Source: Spizellomyces punctatus DAOM BR117
Taxonomy: Eukaryota
Length of the DNA: 64,000 nt
Assembly (NCBI GenBank): GCA_000182565.2
Contig: KQ257451.1
Direction: 5' to 3' (one strand)
The notes under the pieces: model-generated
What the model was told of the DNA's origin: nothing
The model's database searches: none
What the model saw: only the letters and a program-made list of their open reading frames with translations
Part shown: piece after piece, positions 12,201-22,435 of the stretch
Layout of the letters: each line of letters opens with the position of its first letter
Position numbering within the stretch: the stretch's first letter is position 1
Program-made: the position numbers and the translations under genes

Positions 12201-13952
12201 ACTCGCCAGTGCACCACGTGCTTGGCCCAGACCCATTCCCTCGCTAAGTGGACTTGCTGGTGGTTCAAACACCTCCAACGGCCAGCGACCTTTCAAGCCC
12301 ATCACCCGCGGAAACAGAAGCGAAGACATATCCATGATGGCTCGACCGCGATATTTATTTACATTGGAGTCTACCACGTGAGCGAACTTGGGTTGAAGCT
12401 CTCGAACAAACTGATTTTTAGACAAAGCCGTCAATTAGAGCGCGCTATTTTCAATGTGCTCAGGTACTCGTACCTCGACCTCCGTCATATGTTTACTCTG
12501 AATCTTCTCCCTCAACCGGATAACTGCCTCGGGTGGCATCCAGACCACATGTGTGGTTGCCCATGAAACTTTCTTGATGGTTTCCGCAAAGACTGGCCGT
12601 TCCCTTTCAGATGGGGTGGGAGGGACAGTGGCAGAGTCGCTTTCGCCTGGGGCTGGAGGATGGCGAGTCTCAGAATCCAGTTGTGCAGTGTTGGTCCCCT
12701 GGCTACTTGTAGCAGGTTTGGGCATCATGATGGGCTGCGGGGTAGTGAGAGCCGCGTCTAGTATGGAATGTCGATTGGTCCTGAGACTGGACAATGGATA
12801 GTTATCATTATATTTACCTGTCACAACTGGTACATCAGTCACCATTAATGTTCCGTTTGGGATGGAAACTAGTCGTTCTGGGGTGGATTCGGCTGGTACC
12901 ATTAAGTTCAGAGTGTACGTGTATATATCTATCAGAAACAAGATGTTAGAAGACCAATCTTTGGACGTGCACTGAGCGGTATGTCACGCATCATACTCGA
13001 ATTCAAGTCTTTTTCATTCCCTTCCTTTAATGTCCACTCATCTGGGACAGGAAAAACATCGTCCACCTTAAATGTAAGGAAAGTGCCATTTTCGACGACT
13101 TCGGGTTCAATGAGAGGCGCTGAGAGTATGACCTCCACGTCAAACTCTGGTCCATTTTTAGTGTGCTCGTCCGCGTCTTTTCCCAGTAGACGTGCATTTG
13201 CGTAGCTGATGGGGACAGTTGCCTTGAACGACAGAGGTGGAGGCGGTGGCAATACATCTGGGTTATTTGGATCCCGCGCAGGATATTTGAAGAAATGTGG
13301 AAACATGCTCAATTCTCCTTCCCCAAGCACCGCGGTCTTCTCTTTTGGAAGAGATTCAATAAGAGTAAAGTGGAGTTTCTTGTTAGCAAATGTGTCGATA
13401 AGAGTCTGCCACGGGACAATTTGACGTCAGTATACTGTCTCCTGACGCTCCATTACATATTTCAAATACCTCATCCACAAGAAACGATTGCTTCACTCCA
13501 AAATTATACTGAGGGTTGGGATTATCCATGACCACTGGCGACTAGGTGATTGTCACGTTAGCATCTTCCCCCGCAACATCCAGAATCCCACGGCAATTGT
13601 CAACCCACCTCCTTGTAATCAAAATCTGCAAACTGTACTCTCACAAACGAGTTAACGTGATCTCCCTTGGCTCCCTTGATGTTCTTAGCGGACAGCACTT
13701 TGATGGGTAATCAGAAGAGTTAAGGCTTCAACAGAAACTCCATTTGCAAAACCATAATCAAGTAAAATATTGATAAAGGATATTAAGCAAAATCCCGCCT
13801 TCCATCGTCGGTACACCCGCATGTTCGTCCGTTACTTCCGATCTCGCGACATTGAGAACGTTGGTGGATGAGGTCACACTTGGCCGACGACTTGTTCGTC
13901 CACTGCCAGGTTTGGCACCTCCGACTTTCAAGCGAGCCCCTCGATCAGCCAT
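9268..13952 (-). CDS. CFAP70: Cilia- and flagella-associated protein 70 (TTC18)-like; N-terminal C2-like strand, C-terminal TPR repeats; many exons
   Basis: LLTIKVLSAKNIKG (after U12 splicing), YFMFKEQLKGAVVEVVRE, LNVYLVDQMH, FDYGCFCMRNGMMSKGEECFREIL, TPR segments WLGAGKACMALEDWEEAEDAL and ANVLNNRNADVWAYLALL. Confidence 0.8.
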
Positions 13953-14200
13953 CCTGCTTGAAATCAATCTTTCGGTTAGCAGTATTCAGCTTTATGATGA
14001 ACAATTCGTTGTGTATTACCTTCAATAAGCCGTAGTCGCCTGGCGGTTGGTGACTCGTTTACTGGTAGTATGCCGAACTGACATCCAAGACGCGTGCACC
14101 AGACGCGATCGCTCAAGTCCGCCTGATTTCGTAATCAGGGTAGCATCCAGTGCCGATTACAGAAGGATCCTCTGGTCTTTCACACTCTATACGAGTAATC

Positions 14201-14597
14201 ATGAGCAGCCAAGACGAACTCGCCGACGCACTCATCCAACAACGTGGCCGCGAAGCAGAGCTTGAACTCGAAGTTCGAGGGCTCCGGCGCACAATTGAGG
14301 TGCTGAAAAACAAGGTACGTCGACTACATCGGTAACCGCAATGTACTGTCCAAAGGATTTGACGAATTATGCCTGCCGTTAAACAAACAGAATGCATCTC
14401 TCTCTAATCCTCCAGAAGAGCACACGCAGAAGATAGAAATTCTCGAAGCCGCCGTAAAGGATCTGCAACGTGAGCTGCGGAGACAGGAGTCAGAGCATGA
14501 TGACATTATTGAAAGGACACTGAATACATTGAGAAGGGGAAGTTCTGGTAGTGTTGGCGGGAAAGATATCAGTGGGGAGGGTGCTGACCGAAAATGA
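14201..14597 (+). CDS. Small coiled-coil hypothetical protein (2 exons)
   Basis: MSSQDELADALIQQRGREAELELEVRGLRRTIEVLKNK, GTACGT..CAG intron, then in-frame NASLSNPPEEHTQKIEILEAAVKDLQRELRRQ...*; heptad pattern. Confidence 0.6.
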
Positions 14598-14900
14598 GAC
14601 TTGAAGGTGACACGAAGACCAAAGACTTGGACCCCAGGTTCAAAAACGGGGGGCAGGAATGTTCACCTGTCTTTGGTACCCTGTGCACCCAAAGGATACA
14701 GTCTGTCTTGAGATTTACTGGAGCATCATGCCAGCCAAGGTGAAGATACACCAGGATGTACTGGAGCAAATATTGTACTATGCAGCTTTGAAAGCTTGTC
14801 CATATTTTGGCAGCCTGTAGGTACCTTAATAACTGTCTCTACCAAGACCTTGCGACCCATCCTAGCTGTCATTCCGCGTGGATTACGACAAATGAGTTAC

Positions 14901-16037
14901 CTACACATCAGGTCGTTCCTCGCTGGCCTCCCCTTGCGGGCCCTTTCCTTCGCCTCCCTTTGGTCGTCCCGCCAGGCCTTTCCCTTCGCAAATACTGGGA
15001 TAATAAAACCGATAGCATATGTATGAAATCGTAAATCCAAGCAAAGCCCCAACTGAGACATCTTCCCAATGATGCATATTCTGCTGAAGTCGGGATACCG
15101 CTAGTAAGCAAAAGATAATGAGAGAGTTCGCGTACCGGTTAGCAACAAATTTCACTGGTAGTAAGAAAAAAAATGAAAGCACGATGGTACTCACCCACAT
15201 ACAAAACAACCAGTAGCGGCAGTGTACAAATCAACACTCTCCACACACGTCCTTCAGGCCTTCGTCCATCAAAACATCCTACACCCAAGGCCGCCACCAA
15301 ATACCAACATGCGAACCCAAGTCCCGCCGCTGTTCGAGAAGCGTGACCGGACGGAAACGACATGTGCCCTTTTCGAATCTCAGACGTATCGTTAGAGCGA
15401 CAATTTAAAGTTATGGGATCTGGCTGACATCGAGCCAAAAAATCAGGACGTAGCCGTCCAACGAGCAATTTCGTTACAGTGACCATGAAGAATGTCAATG
15501 TGACAGACAAGAATGTCCCCTAAGGAGAAGAATGTGTTGGATTTCTTGTCACTAAACAACTGTTCCAGGTCTGGAGCTCTTACTCACCAACAAGGCATGA
15601 TGAACGTCTTTCAAAACCACCTCCATCCACCACTGCTTTTCGTCAGCACCTTCTTCCTTTGACCACCAGTCTTCCTCATCTCCCCCTTTGAAAGACCATA
15701 CAAGCCTCACGACCCACACCAAAGTTACTACCAGCATTGCACCGCCCAAAGCCATGACCCAACTCATTGTCCTCGAAACGCTTTCGCCTTTTCGCGGGTA
15801 TGCAATGTCGGGGTCATTCAGCTGAAACTCGCGATGAAAAGGTTCTGGAACTGCATCAAGATACAGGGAGAAGCCGAGGAGCAAGAAGGTGAAGAGGTAA
15901 TCAAGTATGTACAGAGGGTGGAAGAAAGGACGTGAAACTTGTGGTGGCGGATGTCGGGCGGACGGATACAGGAGCGGGGTAGCCGACGTTGCACCTTGAT
16001 GATAATGTGGTCTATTATGATGGTGCGGGCGAGTCAT
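14901..16037 (-). CDS. PAP2-family lipid phosphate phosphatase (DPP1/LPP-like)
   Basis: Three PAP2 motifs: KLLVGRLRPDF, SFPSGH, SRLQQNMHHWEDV; several transmembrane segments. Confidence 0.9.
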
Positions 16038-16261
16038 GGATACTTGTTTGAACCGAAATTCGCCTTGGGATGATGGACGGGGCAAGTGCTGGGGGGTGAT
16101 GACAGCAGTTGATTACGCGTTGTGACAAATCGACTCTAATCAATGAATCTTTCATGACTTTCTCTATCTCAGTGATGTTTTTTATAATTGCTATACAAAG
16201 GATGAAATAATTACGATGGCGTTCAACCTGCCAACAACCCCTCCTGGAGACAGCCCTCCTT

Positions 16262-17196
16262 CTATTCCAAAATGACAGTGGCCCCTAGTGCTTCCAGTGT
16301 TTTCTTCATCTTTTCAGCATCTTCCTTGTTCACGTTTTCTCGAATCACCTTTGGCACACTCTCGACAAATTTCTTGGCCTAGTACAAACAAAAGGGATAA
16401 GGATCACCAAGAAACAAGACGAACATGACGCTGTTGCAATTGTGCAGCTCACCTCAACCAAATTGGCGCCGGGAATCATCCCCTTGATCTCCTTAATAAT
16501 CTTTGCTTTGGAAGCAGCGTCGAACTTCTCTAGCTTGACTTTGAACTCGGTCTTCTCAGCAGGCTTCTCCTGAAAATAAATCACGGCGTTAACACGCGTT
16601 GCTGCAATCGGAAATGGACCGCCACATGGACACGATTATACCTCGGCAACTGGTGCAGCTGCGGCTGCCGCATTTCCAGCTGCCGCGGGGACTGCAACCG
16701 GCATGGCAATATCTTGGATGTTCAGGCGCGCCTGTTCCGTTCAATCTGACGATCAGTACATCTTATCCATATCATGACCTGTTCCTCTCTTCTCTTACAG
16801 TCATCCACACCTACCTTCAGCGATGAAACAAGCCCAGCCGTTTCCAACAAGGTCAAGGCTGCAATTTGATCCACAATCTTGGTGATCTTGGGATCAACCT
16901 GCTCTTGTCGTGTGGAGGGAGTAGAGGCGAAGGTGCGGACGGTGGCTGGGAGGATGGGGTTGCAGGTGGTGTGGTGACTAATCGGAAAAAGAAAGACAGT
17001 CCGTTAACGAAAAGCTCTAAACGAAAAGCTCTTGTTGACCTAGCGCCATATTCACGGCAATTCTACGTCTTCGGAAGAGCTCTCCCACCATTAACCGTCC
17101 GACCACTCCGCCAAAAGCTTCTCACAGACAAGTGCACAAGTCTAGATACCCTATCGTCCCCCATATATATCCTATATCAGTCCTCAATGCTCACAT
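16262..17196 (-). CDS. MRPL12: Mitochondrial ribosomal protein bL12m (L7/L12); 5' end uncertain
   Basis: VDPKITKIVDQIAALTLLETAGLVSSLK and C-terminal EKTEFKVKLEKFDAASKAKIIKEIK...NLVEAKKFVES...LEALGATVILE*. Confidence 0.88.
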
Positions 17197-17511
17197 TGTT
17201 TGTCGGCAAATGGGCCGGGCGACACTCGCGATGTTTCGTGCTACGAATGACTGAAATAGCAATATCCACAGATATTAATTCCTCACAATTTAAAGACATC
17301 CCTCCTCCACAGCAGATAAAGCACCAGGCCATGCAATGCATACCATTTTGGCAAAAGATATAAACAGTGATCTTGCTACCGACGCTGTCGCTCCTCTAAA
17401 GTCGGCCGAGTTCAAAATTTCGATGGGCATGGCAACCTACAGGAATCACCATAGCAACAAACGACCGAACGCGAGTCGCTTCTCGCCGACCTCCAAACGA
17501 ATGCCTTTGTC

Positions 17512-17827
17512 ATGACTATCCGGAGGACGGGACTGCAGCGGGATGTCTTGGACTTGTATCGCTCCTTGCTGCGTGTAGTGCGAACAAAGCCTGAGGTATA
17601 TGCCTGTGTACTGTTGCTGAGCCTCGTGCTCTTTGTCGTAACTTTTGACTTTGCAGTCATCGCGAGATCATTTCTACAAGTACATACGGTCTCAATTCAG
17701 GCAGGATGCTTCCAGCGTATCTCAGAGGGATATATCTACGATTGAGTTCATGCTGAGAAAGGGACGAAGACAACTAGAGGTCCTGAAGAGTGATAGTGTA
17801 GTGGATATCTCCCCTCCGTCATATTAG
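17512..17827 (+). CDS. SDH6: LYR-motif succinate dehydrogenase assembly factor 1 (Sdh6/SDHAF1), 2 exons
   Basis: GLQRDVLDLYRSLLR (LYR motif), GT-AG intron, FYKYIRSQFR...DISTIEFMLRKGRRQLE. Confidence 0.82.
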
Positions 17828-17858
17828 AACCTCCACACTTTGGCGGATACCTTGTACA

Positions 17859-17888
17859 TAGTGCGGAGCCGATGGGTATTGGCACTAG
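17859..17888 (+). repeat. Left terminal inverted repeat (including TA)
   Basis: TAGTGCGGAGCCGATGGGTATTGGCACTAG; reverse complement of 19971-20000 except one A/G difference. Confidence 0.95.
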
Positions 17889-19998
17889 TACAAAGATTCC
17901 AACCAATTTAATCATAATTTTACTCGATTTAGACTCATGAACTATGGTTTGTTTGATCCAAAAATCCTATAATAGTCATCGTCCATTTTCCCAGGCTTTC
18001 ATCTTTTTCTACAGATATCAGCATGCCACCAAAAAAGAAGCAAAAAGTCGACAAACCCACCTTACATACCTGTAACAAGACTTCCTTTGCAAAAGCTTTC
18101 CTGCCAAACGAGATCTATCGCCAACGGCTTCTAGACTTACATCACCATCATCCATCAACTCGCCGACCACGCTTCCCACGCTCTCAAATTCTACATCCTC
18201 TCCACATCCACATCCACATCGTCTTTCCCGGTTGTTCACAAAGATACAATCGAAGCCCTTCTCTATCTTCTCAACAAAGGAGAGGCTTGGCAACCAAAAA
18301 TTGATGCGAAAAGGGCATTGCGCAAATCCTTGTTGCCATATGTCCAACGGTACTGCCAAATCGTCGGCTTCGTTCCCCCAAATCTACAAAAAGAGCAGCA
18401 ATCAGTCAATTACCTGACAGCGAGTATGATGACGAACCTGAGAGTCAACGTTCAAGAGCATTTCATGCAGATGCTGCTCCGATATATCAATCTGCGGCTT
18501 GACGTGAAGAGACAGAAGCAACTGCCACTGAAAAGCAATGCGCGGAAAGCTTTCTTTACTCGACTACGCTACTTGAAGTCAGTTTTTCTTTTTGATATCG
18601 TGCCCGAGTCGCTGGATTTAACACCACTGGAGAGCGAGGTTCTTGAAGAGATTTGGTCATTGGATCTCCCATTCCTTCCCAACGATCCCCTTGCCTATGC
18701 CATTGTTGCTGATCCAATGTCATTTTTTCCCGCGTACTGCAAACTCTCTCGGCTGTATGAACGACATGGCTTCCGTCGGTTCAGTGCAATCCCTCTTCGT
18801 CGGTCTCTGATTCAGTCCCATATTCGCATTGACACGGTCATTCTCTACGCCCACATCCTCTGCATCACCCGCCAAGAAGCAGAAGCCGTAGAGAAGGTCG
18901 ATTTATGGTTGCGCGTCTGTAATCTACGTACCAAAGCTTTTCGGTCTCGCCGCAGTATGCAGTTTGAGGGTTCGATCACGACGGATGGAACCTCGGTGTC
19001 TGTATACCTAAAGCACCCAGAAGCAGACAAGTATGGAAAGCGCGGAGCGAGAAAGTCAGCAAAGAGTTTGGAGGACGAAGTGAAAGCGCAATACATGGAG
19101 AAAAACTTACCTGCTTGTCGAACAGCAGAGAATGTTGTTGTTATCGACCCAAACAAGCGCGACATTCTCTACTGCCAAGACGGCAATGGTACAACGTTTC
19201 GCTACACTGCAAACCAGCGAGCCATGGAGACAGGCAGCCGTCGGCAGCGAAAGGAACGACAGCAGATGAAGAAGGAAGCGGGAATGGACCTCATAGAATC
19301 ACGAATACCATCTCACAAAACAATGAACCTCATGGATTTTACTCGCTACCTCCTCGTCCGTCGTGTCGACTGGAACCGCCGCAAGGACTTCTATTCGCAT
19401 CCTGCTCATACTCGATGGAAATGGCACGCATTCATAAACCGTCAGAAGAGCGAATCAGACCTCATAAGTAACATGCGCAACAAGTACGGTGAAAACCTTA
19501 CTGTTGTAATGGGTGATTGGAGCGACGCCGGTCGAACTGCAAGATTTCAGACCTCATCAAAGACGAAAGGTTGGCGCACCCTCTTTAAGCGCAACAGGAT
19601 CAACTGCTTCCTTCTCGATGAGTACAAGACCTCATCTGTTTGCCCTCGCTGTTCCTCATCTGAGTTTGTGGAGAAAAAATTCAAAGAACGACCTCATTCA
19701 AGACCTTATCGACGACGAGAAGGCAAGATTGAAAAAGTCCACGGATTGCTGGGTTGTACCAACCCTAACTGTTTGCAGCAAGCCTGGACGATGCGCTACT
19801 GGAATCGAGATACGCTGTCAACCTGCAATATGCTAATGATCGTGCAATCAATGTTGGATGGACACGGTAGACCAGAAGTGTTCAGCAGGAGTGTAGCGTA
19901 GCGTAGATTGGTTAGATTAGATTAGGTTTTCCGAACCGGTTGTCGCGCGGTTCAATCCCTGGTGCGGGTGCTAGTGCCAATACCCACCGGCTCCGCAC
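17861..19998 (+). mobile_element. Non-autonomous Fanzor1-encoding DNA transposon with TIRs and TA target-site duplication
   Basis: Inverted repeats at both ends (29/30 identity including the terminal TA); TA at 17859-17860 and 19999-20000; single Fanzor ORF inside; no transposase ORF. Confidence 0.93.
18023..19901 (+). pseudogene. Fanzor1: Fanzor1 RNA-guided endonuclease (TnpB/Cas12-like RuvC), ~625 aa reconstructed, with one +1 frameshift at ~18137
   Basis: NLS PPKKKQKV; RuvC-I VVVIDPNKRD (D at 19146), RuvC-II LLDEYKTS (E at 19620), zinc finger CPRC...CTNPNC, RuvC-III WNRD (D at 19809); TDGTSVSV and GDWS motifs typical of Fanzor1; removing one T at 18137 joins ORF 18023 to ORF 18318 without stops. 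Confidence 0.92.
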
Positions 19999-20015
19999 TA
20001 CTATAGCATCGTTAG
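19926..20015 (+). ncRNA. Fanzor omegaRNA: ~75-nt scaffold (19926-20000) plus ~15-nt flank-derived guide
   Basis: GC-rich self-complementary segment starting 24 nt after the Fanzor stop codon and ending exactly at the element right end; architecture matches TnpB/Fanzor guide RNAs; guide 3' end is inferred. Confidence 0.85.
19971..20000 (+). repeat. Right terminal inverted repeat (including TA)
   Basis: CTAGTGCCAATACCCACCGGCTCCGCACTA. Confidence 0.95.
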
Positions 20016-20201
20016 TAAATAAATATACCTGCACGCAAGCAATGGAATTCATGGTTCCACCAGTTACTGCTTCACGGCTGATTTGGCACGCTTGATAGGA
20101 CCGTCAAGCGTCCACGCGACCAGCGCCATACCGGTTCACGCAATAGTGTTAATATCAAAATTCATGTATTAGGCAATTCAGTTGTCATCAACCACGACAA
20201 T

Positions 20202-21827
20202 CTACACCAAGAAAAATCCCAATAATCCCCTAACAGCTGGCCTCAACGCCTTGTGATGGTACTGATAAGCACTCAACAGGTAGCCCATTCCCATCGCAAA
20301 CAAAGCCACATCTCCACCAGGAATCTTGATCCCGCCCATGCCAAGAGCATGAGTGATCCTCCACCACGAACTTTCCAGGGCCTTGGGCAGGCAGTATAAT
20401 CCAATTTCCCTACGCCGCGACTTTCTCTCAAGCAAAAGGGAGAAACCACAGAGGAAAGACCCTAAAAGGGGACCCAGAGTGGTGTCTTGCCGGGAAACAT
20501 TTCGCACGACGCAAATAGGGGCCCACACACCTGCAATGAATGTGGCGAGGAAAGTCGACGAGCGAAGGGCGTTTGTCGCAACGTGGAGGACCGTTGAAGG
20601 GAACTGGTTGGAAAAAAAGCGTCGCCGGTGGAAGATCAAGGCCGGAAGGAGGTGAACGGGGATGTAGATTTTCAACGCGTCGAAGAATCCGCTACGCCAT
20701 ACGTCCACCAGATGGGTCCAACAGCCTTCAATTCCGCAGTGGATCAGCGTACATGAAATAAAGCCGTTTACCGGATCCCCAGCAGCAAATCCATAACCCA
20801 TTTCTTCTGCATAATCGCCAACAAGATGAGCATGTCCAGTGTCTTTACCGTATACCATAACGCCTTTCCCCAAGAGCTTGACGGCCTCAAGAAGACGAGG
20901 GTCCATACGTGACATTTTCTGGATCCACTTCACATAGCTACGCGGTAGGGCTTCGGGACTGGCATAGCGAAATAAATGGTCCGAGATATCGTAAAGCGCA
21001 GAAATCAACGACTTAAATACTTACTAGTAAAACCAGCAATACATGATCTGGGTGCAGCATGCCACAAACACGGATGTGTCCATATTGTTCATCAATATCG
21101 GTGGGACCCATCGCAACATCCTTTGAATCTTGTGATTCTGGAACGAGGCAAAAGAGTCCATAGCTCTCACCAATGTAAACAGCGCAAAGTCGGCTCGCCG
21201 GGCGGGTTCAATGGTCAGGAGTGCCAATGCACTGGACGCAACTCCAGCAAGGAACGTTGGAGATAGGATGTTACGCGCCGGCGGAAGTTGCGGGGCATTC
21301 TTGGTGTCTATTTGACGTTTAGACTCAAGGTTGGGAGAAGCTTCGTATGGATGATCATCGGCTTCCGCGGCCATGGACACACCTTCAACAACAGATCCCA
21401 CCACCATTCCGTTTCCATTCTTTTTACCATCCCATGCGACAGCGGTCTTGCCATCCAAAGGCCTCCACCCAACCTTCCGCGCTATCTCCCAAAACAGGCG
21501 ATCGAATAGCCGAAACCCGCCAATCAAGACTAAGAAGAACCACGGCAACCGAGCCTTGAAACTTTTGCTCAAGATTTGAAAGAGTTGCCCGAGTAGCGAG
21601 TGCGCAGGAGCCTTGGAGCTGTTTTTTCCTCGCGAGACAAGTCTCTTAAGGATAAGGGACACGATACGCGGGATGCATGCCACGGCATAGCCAGAGAAAT
21701 ACGCTTTAAGGGCGGACAGGAAGATACGGTGAAAAGACGCCTTGAAAGGAGGCACAAAGAGTGGGCGAGATTCTGTCAACTCTGCGGCATCGTGAACAAG
21801 TTTCCGCGAAACGGGTGCTGACGACAT
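20202..21827 (-). CDS. TMEM135/PXMP4-like multi-pass membrane protein (2 exons)
   Basis: DFALFTLVRA, FVACCTQIMYCWFY|..PEALPRSYVKWI, LRSSTFLATF, LLERKSRRREIGLYCLPKALES. Confidence 0.75.
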
Positions 21828-21982
21828 TGCGAACCGAGTGTCCGCAAGTTGGAGACCCGCAAGTTTTAGGACGAGATGACAAAGGGAATTGACGGCTCCC
21901 GGACCAGCCGGGGACTTGATATTTCCGCGAAAGCGTGTAAACGGAGAATGGTGTATCCCATCGCCCTCCTTGTGGTACGCTT

Positions 21983-22006
21983 ACCAACCAACCAACCAAC
22001 CAACCA
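21983..22006 (+). repeat. (ACCA)6 microsatellite
   Basis: accaaccaaccaaccaaccaacca. Confidence 0.8.
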
Positions 22007-22074
22007 GCGCTGTAATCGATTAGAGTTTTCATGCACTGAGTACATAGGAAGCAAGTATGTGTATGGATTTCAAG

Positions 22075-22146
22075 TCCGCATTGGTCCAGTGGTTAGGATC
22101 CCGCGCTTTCACCGCGGTGGCCGGGGTTCGATTCCCCGATGCGGAG
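22075..22146 (+). tRNA. tRNA-Glu (anticodon TTC), intronless
   Basis: Acceptor stem TCCGCAT/ATGCGGA, D-loop TGGTCCAGTGG, anticodon arm CCGCG-CTTTCAC-CGCGG, T-arm GGTTCGATTCC; T5 Pol III terminator at 22168-22172. Confidence 0.96.
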
Positions 22147-22435
22147 TCAGTTATGACAAAGTTATACTTTTTGAGATTCTTAATTGACACCGCTTGATAT
22201 TTTGATGCACAGTCATTTGTATAATATAATGCTTGGGTTTATGGAAAAAATATCACAAACTATTGCAAACTGCGATGCCGGCCAAGGGAGAATGGCAATT
22301 GCGTGGCAAGTAATTGCATTGACCCCTTTACTTTTGATGGAATGCAATATATGTAAAGCCTCTCAATTAGATGAACTAGATTAGAACTCTCAGTAAATGA
22401 CAAAGTCTTTCCTTTCACCAAAACACACACCATCG

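Noticed and set aside
18318-19901. Treating the 527-aa TTG-start ORF as the complete Fanzor or as a transposase
   Set aside because: The frame is open upstream to 18138 and joins the ATG/NLS at 18023 through a 1-nt indel; motifs are RuvC plus zinc finger, not a DDE transposase.
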